From a virus (lineage: Duplodnaviria > Heunggongvirae > Uroviricota > Caudoviricetes), in the IMG/VR virus record IMGVR_UViG_3300029911_000006: a stretch of DNA of 37,416 bases; one strand, 5' to 3'. The translations under genes and the position numbers were made by a program. Shown piece after piece: positions 26,101 to 33,631 of the stretch; position 1 is the stretch's first letter; each line of letters begins with the position of its first letter. The notes under the pieces are model-generated. The model was not told the origin of the DNA and did no database searches. It saw only the letters and a program-made list of their open reading frames with translations.

Positions 26101-27593
26101 ATGCCGACAAGTGGGATTCCGTGCGAGTCAAGAAAGCCATCATCCGAGATGAATGGAAGGGCACGGGTCTAGGTCAAATGTTGTACGACCGTCTTATTGT
26201 GGAATCCCGGAAGCAGAAGCGCAGGTACCTCATCTCCGACCTAGACTGGAGGATGTCCCCCGATGCTTATAAAGCATGGGAGAAATTGAGCAAGCGATAC
26301 CCCATGGTCTCACCCTATAAGCTAGATTTACGAAAGAAGACCGCCTCCGGCCCGGTTGCCGTTTCTCCTGATGGACGGTATAAGGATTTCCAGCTAACGA
26401 TTGAACACGGCAAGTCGTACATTGGTACGCCGATGGTCACCGTGCGTGCATTGAAGGATGGAACCCCCCTCGGCTACGTCACTTTCGCCAAGCGTGAGGA
26501 CAAGAAGCTTGACCCCATGTCCCTCGACATCACCGCAACCTATCATCGTCAGGGGCTGGCGACAGCGATGTACGTCTATGCAGAACGTCAGACCGGATAC
26601 ACCGTCATCCCATCCACCGAGCAGACGCCAGCGGGTAAGTCACTGTGGGCTCAACCTGACCGCCCGTTCGGTAAGGAAGCGGCAGCGAAGCCGTTCCCCG
26701 ACTCCAAGGTGCCCCAGATGGTGTACCATGGCACCCGCGAGCCCTTCACTCGCGTGAATATGAGTCACGGTGCCCAAGGATTGTTCTGGGTTGCATCCGA
26801 CAAAGCCAGTATTGAAAAGGGAGAGGCCGGAGCGAACTCCAGCAAGTGTATTCTTGGCTGCTACATCAACGTACAGAACCCGGCTGGCTGGGCGGAGTAC
26901 GAGAATAAGTCCATTGGAGAGTTGAAGCGTGACGGTTTCGATAGCGTTGTCCTGCCAGACCCAGACGGGACGTTCGATGTCATCCTGTTCAAACCGAATC
27001 AGGTTCGTATTGTCGGGGAGATGAAGACCGCCGCTGCTTACCCTAGTATGTATCACGGCACCGGGTATGCGATTAAGGAGTTTGAATCGAAATGGAATGA
27101 CCATGGTTTGATTTTCTTCACACCGAACAAATCATTGGCTGAGTCCTTTGCTTTGGATAATCCTGTACCCCACGTATACGAATGCACAGTGGATTGCGAC
27201 AACGTATTCAACCCACGTGACCCGAAGCATCAGCAGATTCTACTGGATAGCATGGGGGATAAACTGGACTCGGTAACAGGATATTTCAAGTCTCGGGAAC
27301 AGGTTATTGATGACCTTGAAGATGCAGGTTATGACTATATTGAACCCCTTGTTCGTTATATTCGGAAAGCCGGATTCGACGGTGTATGGATGGTGGAGAC
27401 CAGGGGGGAGTTTGACACCTTAGCTGTATTCTCACCAGACAAAATCACGGTGGATGGCGTGGAGCACCCGGAGCCGATACTGACTCAGGAGTTCATCGAC
27501 TACTTCAACGACCGTGGCTACACGCGAGTAGACGTGACGAATGATCAAAACTTGATGGCGAAGTTGCGTCAGGAGTTCGACGCGACTCAATAA
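20136..27593 (+). CDS. Polyvalent protein 3 (2485 aa): about 19 segments including 7 ART-like, 5 GNAT, 2 ParB/Srx, a nucleotidyltransferase and a PUA-like module
   Basis: DGHHR and DGAHR (ParB); repeated (Y/F)HGT and YHVT ART starts; (R/K).G.G motif A GNATs; VGG..RGESFHDIDLL (Pol-beta NTase). Sixteen KTA-type linkers located between 20541 and 27035. Confidence 0.9.
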   Translation: MAELSTRTQQFEDRPGEGEYEGYSIGYDKSGEKQILHEFRYKADCSVTDENVPINRLQHTQSSRDTKNERVEEMKQGLREKWIEAVLVTTTDGKTFKLSDGHHRVAAAEQMGFKTIPAIVIRLDYGSDWKISSDDKTATPHDQEANSDGPVGFFEPVENPHSVQPLCASKNANITEQQEVILQKMQDNQKIIREGFKDLNNRAKLEEAANLVQENAELETELNELWRAYRAANPPPEPVKEFTYQVPNTPAFKAWFNGSKVVDAKGNPLRAYHGTTKDFDEFDTTPKPDGKNPDWGGAMGSWFTTESLHQGNYDEGNAEFVAESFTQGKNWDEYKPGAHVKPVWLSIKNPAEFEEYEHFQDDRRSYPSWQDFRKHLEAEGHDGLVIRNSMSDGNADRDDWVAFSPNQVKSAVGNAGTYDPSDKRITASVADEILIDAKEASAKTVRAYHGTTHDFDLFDTPAMFTVKKSYAEDIIAGLPNGHIIEAILTINNPADLHAMHISPSVPNFKEIAAELEAQGYDGAQYRNEAWIAFHPDQIRVVQPKTAAAKTRYKEMNAKGSYRIEAYHDLKLVGQVSAKIDWNDPSALEIGFITVDKDYRRQGIGSELYRHLFEYAKKEGFEAVYSDHALKPGAKAIWKKRIKTDPTVTHEKYEDDYDTGKRYRKSLTAAGLKPVGIDSLPRDTQGDIAYMVYDRVEFLQRAGYDETDVFNNLFGIADEPKVKAGSVPVEPLYATMDRAVSEAAVTKYIAMLQQDPSFEFDPILMADGKFLDGAHRLEAYHRVGRKTIPVVDITNLLHASEDAWYNWMNGEDVTAAQTFKLASAQLLYHGTSVDNARLIEQQGITPGSDDTVHLSTSPSVARDFARVMMRSTNNRVDIKPTDQYAVVVVDRSKCPELFENFGSHNYSTEYGVGIPVDAILRVDTFDASTDTKTAAKYPTPEGITFRVAGSPRYGFLISAYLDDAYLGDERIGFINLSPYHVRNQKDEEVAFFVSGVEVLAEFRERGIGLLLYKEAIKLAQKKGAVKLYQGIPQTQDAAIIWNRLAKEYPVELGGVTGDSKFIPLVKTAKLASYDQIDIKVDGGYVRGRILDDYDELRSWAEAVQMEDPEELEMMLSEAEPWASLGSVGVDLDKRGTGLGKQLVAQFIDAARAHGANSIILLATVDGEQVEGFDLQTWYERLGFNVVTTTEQGLPVMERSVEPLNKMAAMTHEKNCNRVRFEDLESYNGSCPACKVISDSYKENLAAALDIMEREKVADRKPTRDETEIAMRELYPELAEKMDRQRSGISEEQHLRDQFNHWQREFLDREYPDLAMTASGEGYNEVLYHVTKTTNVAKIKKNGLQRFKPSNWAVAESGARYGEGEVYAMTEEFDALRWAGRMDWELNKKTGSGKISIVRFKPGEEEWEVDYNDPMSQGGNRGQWIKTMSPIPASQIIDAYPVGPDQIKRFIELRDAEWNKTSTLHTQEDAQALIGDLQSKGISTKLVGGVEQRGESFHDIDLLTTQAVARDSIIQAFTELGWTHFGQSNVSPEEAAEPQDGKTYHQGWSEILHFRKGVVPNEQKVDFWIPSPMKSAAQISDVFHGTTQGFEAFSLEHASESSWYGKAFFFTSDYTEAKQYANPDNDDLAGRLEILRDKILNEWYDKDDLAMMKYDHDGEEGEVSEEYKEALADAFAEAKKEIVGNEPSIKRVRIELNKPVKVSRGGTTFTADETFKQALESVATKHQVKWVEQIYDVLINSVIQKTTFSALEFEEGAKRLEVWGLNISKPGQFVADVYRALGFDGIIMTPSSVFRRRGLKFNPGTKHYMVWDTSQIKLEGTDPVKTAAANYTGPYAFYIEVPKSARDHFWSPVPEGQWEFWAFRTRPRVLKGEKIIFTFDKKPVAETVCDHVEKPGESKCELTGKYERHWKIVWLPSDFKKYKEKTASPDFGYSKFNDREADLAKLKWSVLATDFTIDINARDPEANPHATPPGFLEASAYDSTGRLSSDDADKWDSVRVKKAIIRDEWKGTGLGQMLYDRLIVESRKQKRRYLISDLDWRMSPDAYKAWEKLSKRYPMVSPYKLDLRKKTASGPVAVSPDGRYKDFQLTIEHGKSYIGTPMVTVRALKDGTPLGYVTFAKREDKKLDPMSLDITATYHRQGLATAMYVYAERQTGYTVIPSTEQTPAGKSLWAQPDRPFGKEAAAKPFPDSKVPQMVYHGTREPFTRVNMSHGAQGLFWVASDKASIEKGEAGANSSKCILGCYINVQNPAGWAEYENKSIGELKRDGFDSVVLPDPDGTFDVILFKPNQVRIVGEMKTAAAYPSMYHGTGYAIKEFESKWNDHGLIFFTPNKSLAESFALDNPVPHVYECTVDCDNVFNPRDPKHQQILLDSMGDKLDSVTGYFKSREQVIDDLEDAGYDYIEPLVRYIRKAGFDGVWMVETRGEFDTLAVFSPDKITVDGVEHPEPILTQEFIDYFNDRGYTRVDVTNDQNLMAKLRQEFDATQ

Positions 27594-27612
27594 CTTTCCA
27601 ACCCTATTACAG
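27592..27612 (+). promoter_or_regulatory. Second copy of the candidate promoter motif, overlapping an RBS-occluding hairpin
   Basis: AACTTTCCAACCCTATTACAG; CCTAT (27603-27607) pairs with ATAGG (27615-27619) next to ATG 27621. Confidence 0.35.
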
Positions 27613-27620
27613 AGATAGGT

Positions 27621-30600
27621 ATGAAGAATCAACTGCTTGACCCCCAAACCTGCAAGGGTACTCGGAGCATGACCGCAGCCGAAATCGCTGAAACAAAAGC
27701 GGTAGTCGCTGCTGTGCCAGCCGACGAACTCCAAGCTCCGGGTGCCGTTCCCCCGGTGCAGATGACCCCCGCGTTCAAATCGTGGTTCGGCAAGTCCCAA
27801 GTTGTTAACGAGGACTGGACTCCTCGCGTCGTTTATCACGGTAGCCGTTCTCCATGGCTCACCAGCTTCGACCTCCAGTGTGAGGGAACTGGTTGCGTCA
27901 GCAAGGCGAAGGATGGGGCTATCTGGTTCACGTCTGAGCGTGATAATGCAACGTGGTTCGCCAACTACAAGGACAAGTTCGAAGCGGACGAGGACAACCC
28001 AATAGCCTATGGTCGCCCCGGCGAATACTATGCTGCCGTCGCCGCTGTCGCTGAGAGCGAGGACGGGGAGACGGAGCACATCTTTGATGTGGGGCCGTTC
28101 CCCACCTATGAGATGGCTAAGGAAGAAGCCACCAAGGAAGCACGGCTCTACAACGCTTCCTTGAATCTGGACACATTCGTCACCGCCGCCTACCTCAAGA
28201 TTCAGAACCCTTTAGTCGTTAACGTGGTTCCCCGTGCTCAGGAGTTCGATGCTGCCCGTAAGGGGGGTCATGATGGCATCATTGCGAAGGGTGTGTTCGA
28301 TGGCCCGGTGGAGAGTGACATCTTCGTGGTGTTCAGCCCAACGCAAATCAAGTCGGCCACACGCAATTCAGGGACATACAGCGATACGAACAGCATTATC
28401 GCCGCACGCGAAGAGTTCGTCTACTGGCAAGACCGCACCCCCGAAGACCGTCTGGCACGCACCCAGAATTGGGTGGAACGAAGTGGTCTCCCCACCGACG
28501 CTCAAGGACGGGCACGACTGTATCATGCGACTCCGAAACCCACTGCCCTCATCATTGAGAAGGAAGGTCTGCGTCAAGACTCGTACCTCGCGACCGACGC
28601 TGAGACTGCTTTGCATCAGGCTGGGCGAGACCGTGGACTGAAGGCTGGTAAGCTTGTGTGCTTTGAATGCTGGGTACCTATGGACTCTTTTAGACCCTCA
28701 GTGTTCTGCCAGCTAGACCGTGCTTTGACTCCTGAAGAGATGAGCATGAAGCCCATCAAGGCACCCAGCGTGGTCGTTGCGTCTACTGACGTGCATTATT
28801 ATCATGATTCCGATGTGATGAACCGAGAGAGCATCATGAAGCATGGTCTGTCCACTGAGTTTGCACTGGCCGCTCACGATGGTATATTTTTCCACACTAA
28901 GCTCACCCAAGAGAGCAGGTACACCGATGTGTGGGAAGCTGACCTGACGGGTTATGATGTAGAACCTGACGAGACCACAGACATTGCGGACAACCCCGAG
29001 TATGAGGGCGACTCGTGGTGGGTTGTATGGCAGACGATTCCACCTGAGCGTTTAAAGTTGGTCAAGAGTGGGAAAATGCACACCGCGACCGCCGACCCGG
29101 ATGTAGAAGCACGCCTGAAGCAAATCCTCAAGAAGCCATGGAAGAAACAGACGGAGGAAGAGCGGCTATTCGTCGCCAAGCACGACCCTCGTCAGATGTC
29201 CTTGCTGGAGCCAAAGGAAGCCTACCTGTATAAGGACTACGAGAACGAGGAATACTCCCACCTGTTCAAGGTTATTGTAGAAGAGCAGGGCTTGGATATT
29301 GAGAACATAAATGGAGTGGACTCGGCAGTGCTGAAGCAGCCCACGACGTTGCATCACGCCACCACACCAGACCGAATCAATGGCATCTTCAAGAAGGGTC
29401 TGGAACCTCGCGGACGTTATACCGTACGCAGCGGTAAGGAGCCCAAGCTATTTCTTGGAACCGAAGACACCTGTGCCCACTATGTGAGTGGGGATAGTGT
29501 AGTGCTTGCTGTGACAATACCTGCTGGTACTCGCATTTACGACAACAACTTCGAGCCTGATGAGATTTACATCAAGGACAAGATTCCTGCTGCCATGATA
29601 AAGAAGGCGGCTCAAGAAGGTACAGGCTTCCGCAAGCTCTGGCATGGTGGACGCATCACCGGCCCTATCGACATTCAAGCACCAACCAAGGGACGCTATG
29701 AGGCGGGACCGGGTCTCTACCTGACCACCAGCTACCAGCGTGCGTGCAAGTATGCCAAGGGTGGCGGCTCCACATTCCTCGTCACTGTGAAGGATAACCT
29801 CAACTTTGCCGATGACGTGCTCATCCCTCTGGCGGAGGGTATCCAGTTCGCAATGAAGCGGCTAGGCGGTAAGGGCAAGGATATTGCCGCTGACTTGCGT
29901 GCCAACTGCACTCGCATGAATAAGGATATGTTCACGGCCAGCACTCTCATCAATCTCGTGGTCAACTATGAGGCTGGTGCTGGTGCTAAGGGGAAGGCCC
30001 TGCTTCAATTCCTGCAAGACCACAACGTTGACGCCGCCAGCGAGAGCCCGTCTATGGGGTTTCAGAATGAGCAGTGGGTTGTCGTGTTCAATCCCAAGGC
30101 CGTGCTGAAGGTGGAGAAGGTTCCGGCCTCCGCTGTTACGTCGGAGATGTACAATCTGCCGAAGATAGCGAAGGTCGCTGACGACGAGGCCAAGGTGATG
30201 GCTATCGTCAAGGAGTACATGAAGTACATAGCTCCCGGTCTTCCCCTTCCCGTAATTCAAGTCGTCAACACATTGAAGAAGCGGTGGTTGGGTCGTTGCG
30301 AGTACACTCCTTTATTGGATGTAAACAACACGGTCATTAAGATTCAGAAGTCTATCATCAACGACGACAATACCCTTCGCCGGGTGGTTGCTCATGAACT
30401 GTGCCATCACGACTGGAACCTGACGTATTGGAAACTCCTGAATCCTCGAACTGCACGGCTTCTTCAGAAGGCCCACTCTGACTTCGGTCATGGCGAAGAG
30501 TGGCTGAAGCGTGCTGCTGTATTCAACGCGGAATTTGGTGCCAACTTCATCACACCTAAGTCGGATGAGTCTTACGTTCAGGATGAAAACACCAAGCAAT

Positions 30601-32999
30601 TCTATGTTTTAGTTACAAATATGTTCAGGGGAAACCTCACCTATGCGACTTCGGTAAAGCTATCACCGAAGCAGAGAAACCGTGCCGAGTCTCAGGTGAA
30701 CGCGGGTGCGGGTAAGCTGTTCCTCACCACCGACGATAACTACCTGAAGCGGGGAACGCCGATTGGACAAGGTTGGGCATATCCTCAAGGGGAGGAGATG
30801 AAGGCTCAGCTACAGAAACTATGGGACGAAGGCACGCCGGTGGCTGTGCCCGGAGCAAAGGCACCCAAGGCACCAGACCCGAACAAGGAATTCTTCGTAT
30901 GCTTGCGTGACGCTCACAATATGCGATACTTCGCATGGTCGGCCTCCATGACTCCGCTTCAGAAGGCTCAGCTTGAGAAGCGAATGACCGACCCGTGGAA
31001 AGTCGTCAAGACGAACGACACCGACTTCAAGACCAAGAAGATTGGCGTTGGCTGGGACTCTGCGTTCCTGCGTTGGGGTGACATGGCTGTGAAGTGGCAG
31101 AAGCTGTGGGACACCGCGCCCGTCATCATGTCGGGGAACTTGGACGTAGACCAATCATGGGAACATGGAAGGGGTAAGAAGGGTGCGTTCGACATCAACC
31201 GGGTTGAAGTGCGAGAGGACAGTTACGGCTCAGGCACGTTCTGTGCTTACATCGGCAAGCGTCGTATTGGCTACGTCACTGTGTTTCCAAGCGGCCTCAC
31301 TGATGAAGAGAAGGAACGCAAGGAGACGCACGTCTGGAAGTCCTATGTCAAACCCATGTACCGTCGCAAAGGTGTAGCTCAAAAACTTTACACCGTCGCT
31401 AAGGAGTGGTGTGCCGGTCGCGGCTGGAGGCTCATGCCCACGGAGAACTGCCTGTCCGATGAAGCCACTGCGTTCTGGAATAAGTTCGACCCTGAGACGG
31501 TGAAGAATAATGACCTGTGGTGGCGTTCGCAGTACGTTGGTCGTCAGGTAGAACTCGATGGTCGTACATATAACATCACGAGCGTGGTGGGCAAGTACCC
31601 CAAGTTGAATTTTGTGGGAGAAGACCCTCAGACAAACACGACTAATTGGTTGAAGGGTTCAGTCGTGTTTCCGCAATTGGGAGAGCCTGAGCCCAACCCG
31701 AATCGTGACATCCAAGTCCCAATGAGCAAGGAAGGTTCGACTGATGTGCCTGACATCAGACTACAACCTGCACTTGAAGCCATCTACCAGAAGTTCCCGG
31801 CTAACCCCGAGAACCCGAAGGAGCGTGTCTTCTTCGCTCAGGGCAAACCCGCTCTCTTCTTTGAAGTGGATGAGCGTGAGGGTCGTCTACGTCTGCGTGG
31901 CATCCGTTCGGTTGAACCCAATTCCGGCGTTGGCTCCATCGTGCTCAAGCGTATTATCAACATCGCAGACCAGCACGGCGTCACCGTAGAACTCACAGCC
32001 TCACCCTACGGTGAAGGCGACCGAATCTCCGGCGACAAGCTGAAGGACTGGTACAAGTCACACGGCTTCGAGGAAGAGGAAGGCCACGACCCGGCTCTGG
32101 GTTACATGGTGCGGAAGGCGGCGGCGATGACGAGGACTTACTATCATGCCACGTCATCCAAACGGTTGAATCGTATTGCAACGCAGGGATTGCTTCCGTC
32201 GAAGGAGCCACAATGGGGGGGTGATTTAGGAAATACATCCATAGGTAAGGTATTTCTTGCCGACACCCCTAAGGACGCAATGTTCTATGCCCGGATTCTT
32301 TTTGGAGAACGGGTGCAGAATACTGGACGTTCAGGTATTCCCCTTTGCTTGCGTATTATGCTACCCCCAGAAATCAAGGTAGAGGTCGGCAACGGTGAAT
32401 ATTGGACGACCCAACCCATCCCACCCCAGCATATTGAGATTTGGTGGCAGGAGAAGTGGTCTAAGCTCACGACGGGCGAGTGGAACGAATTCATGGTTAG
32501 CCTCGATGAAGAGGAAGGCGAATATGTTGACTGGGAAGGAGCATCTCTCGGTAACCTACAGTCGGCCCTCACTGAGGTTGAAAGTTTCACCATGCCCAAG
32601 ACCGCCAACCCTCAACCGAAGGGACAGGTTCCCCCTGCCCCCGGTTCTCAGCCCATCCCTCCGAGGACGGTACGGCTGTGGCACTACACCCGGCCCGAGA
32701 ACTTGGACAGCATTCGTGCGAGTGGTCTGGATGCCAGTAAGGCACGTGGAGATGACCTGAGCGGTACAGGGCCGTCCGCTGGTATCTGGGCGTCCACCCG
32801 TCAGCCTTCGACTTCTGATTTGCGTAACCATCCATATGTGGAGTTTTGGGCTACGGTTGACCAGATTAGCCACAGAGCCGATTACCCAGACAAGTATAAG
32901 AAGAATGAGGCTACAGGGCAGTACGAGAAGATGGACGAGATTAGCCAAGAGATGTTGGATGAGTGGGCTAAAGGTTACCATCACGTCATTATTGGTTAG
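27621..32999 (+). CDS. Polyvalent protein 4a (1792 aa): 7 ART-like modules, SprT zincin with tandem repeat, 2 GNAT; last ART truncated by HNH insertion
   Basis: YHGS, YHAT, YYHDS, HHATT, WHGG, YHATS and WHYT modules; VVAHELCHH; RRKGVAQ and SGVGS GNATs. The final module stops at HVIIG* without the IP..I strand seen in its paralogues. Confidence 0.88.
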   Translation: MKNQLLDPQTCKGTRSMTAAEIAETKAVVAAVPADELQAPGAVPPVQMTPAFKSWFGKSQVVNEDWTPRVVYHGSRSPWLTSFDLQCEGTGCVSKAKDGAIWFTSERDNATWFANYKDKFEADEDNPIAYGRPGEYYAAVAAVAESEDGETEHIFDVGPFPTYEMAKEEATKEARLYNASLNLDTFVTAAYLKIQNPLVVNVVPRAQEFDAARKGGHDGIIAKGVFDGPVESDIFVVFSPTQIKSATRNSGTYSDTNSIIAAREEFVYWQDRTPEDRLARTQNWVERSGLPTDAQGRARLYHATPKPTALIIEKEGLRQDSYLATDAETALHQAGRDRGLKAGKLVCFECWVPMDSFRPSVFCQLDRALTPEEMSMKPIKAPSVVVASTDVHYYHDSDVMNRESIMKHGLSTEFALAAHDGIFFHTKLTQESRYTDVWEADLTGYDVEPDETTDIADNPEYEGDSWWVVWQTIPPERLKLVKSGKMHTATADPDVEARLKQILKKPWKKQTEEERLFVAKHDPRQMSLLEPKEAYLYKDYENEEYSHLFKVIVEEQGLDIENINGVDSAVLKQPTTLHHATTPDRINGIFKKGLEPRGRYTVRSGKEPKLFLGTEDTCAHYVSGDSVVLAVTIPAGTRIYDNNFEPDEIYIKDKIPAAMIKKAAQEGTGFRKLWHGGRITGPIDIQAPTKGRYEAGPGLYLTTSYQRACKYAKGGGSTFLVTVKDNLNFADDVLIPLAEGIQFAMKRLGGKGKDIAADLRANCTRMNKDMFTASTLINLVVNYEAGAGAKGKALLQFLQDHNVDAASESPSMGFQNEQWVVVFNPKAVLKVEKVPASAVTSEMYNLPKIAKVADDEAKVMAIVKEYMKYIAPGLPLPVIQVVNTLKKRWLGRCEYTPLLDVNNTVIKIQKSIINDDNTLRRVVAHELCHHDWNLTYWKLLNPRTARLLQKAHSDFGHGEEWLKRAAVFNAEFGANFITPKSDESYVQDENTKQFYVLVTNMFRGNLTYATSVKLSPKQRNRAESQVNAGAGKLFLTTDDNYLKRGTPIGQGWAYPQGEEMKAQLQKLWDEGTPVAVPGAKAPKAPDPNKEFFVCLRDAHNMRYFAWSASMTPLQKAQLEKRMTDPWKVVKTNDTDFKTKKIGVGWDSAFLRWGDMAVKWQKLWDTAPVIMSGNLDVDQSWEHGRGKKGAFDINRVEVREDSYGSGTFCAYIGKRRIGYVTVFPSGLTDEEKERKETHVWKSYVKPMYRRKGVAQKLYTVAKEWCAGRGWRLMPTENCLSDEATAFWNKFDPETVKNNDLWWRSQYVGRQVELDGRTYNITSVVGKYPKLNFVGEDPQTNTTNWLKGSVVFPQLGEPEPNPNRDIQVPMSKEGSTDVPDIRLQPALEAIYQKFPANPENPKERVFFAQGKPALFFEVDEREGRLRLRGIRSVEPNSGVGSIVLKRIINIADQHGVTVELTASPYGEGDRISGDKLKDWYKSHGFEEEEGHDPALGYMVRKAAAMTRTYYHATSSKRLNRIATQGLLPSKEPQWGGDLGNTSIGKVFLADTPKDAMFYARILFGERVQNTGRSGIPLCLRIMLPPEIKVEVGNGEYWTTQPIPPQHIEIWWQEKWSKLTTGEWNEFMVSLDEEEGEYVDWEGASLGNLQSALTEVESFTMPKTANPQPKGQVPPAPGSQPIPPRTVRLWHYTRPENLDSIRASGLDASKARGDDLSGTGPSAGIWASTRQPSTSDLRNHPYVEFWATVDQISHRADYPDKYKKNEATGQYEKMDEISQEMLDEWAKGYHHVIIG

Positions 33000-33030
33000 T
33001 GAATGGTTATTTCCGGTAGTGAATGAAACA

Positions 33031-33058
33031 ACTACGCCCTCCTTATACGGAGGGTAGT
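33031..33058 (+). promoter_or_regulatory. Hairpin sequestering the HNH ribosome-binding site
   Basis: ACTA-CG-CCCTCC-TTATAC-GGAGGG-TAGT; the 3' arm contains the SD GGAGG and ends immediately before ATG 33059. Confidence 0.75.
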
Positions 33059-33631
33059 ATGCCAAGGGCAATTGATTTAACTGGACGTAAAGTTGGGCGA
33101 TGGTATGTTGTTAGACAGGTCGAATCGACAAGGCTAAAAGATGGGAAGACTATGCTACAGTGGCTCTGCCATTGTGAGTGTGGAACCGAGCGAGTTGTAG
33201 AAGCTCATTCTTTAAACGCAGCTATAAGTCTTAGTTGTGGGTGCATAGGTCGGGAGAAAGCCGTTATAAACGGAAAGGCAAGGAGACTAGCTCCGGGCAG
33301 AGCAGGTAGGAATTCTGTCCTAGCTGACTATCAAAAATGTGCCAGTAAACGGGGGTTACCATGGGAGTTGTCAAATAGTGATTTCGATTTACTTACTACA
33401 GGTGATTGCTATTATTGTGGGGTTCCTCCATATCAAGAACAGGGTAAAAACCACGGGCGGTATACACATGGTGGTATAGACCGAGTAGATAGTGGCATAG
33501 GGTATACGCACGCAAACTGTGTCTCATGCTGTAAGGTATGTAACTATATGAAAAGAGAATTATCACAAGTGGCATTTTACACCCACCTAAACCACATCCT
33601 TACCCATCGGGGGGTACAATGGGGAACTTAG
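33059..33631 (+). mobile_element. Free-standing HNH-type homing endonuclease gene inserted in a polyvalent gene
   Basis: DLTGRKVGRW...WLCHCECG...SCGC N-terminus and CYYCG...GIDRVDS..GY...NCVSCC..CN.MK nuclease core. AT-richer than its flanks. Start placed at ATG 33059 behind GGAGG rather than 33023. Confidence 0.88.
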
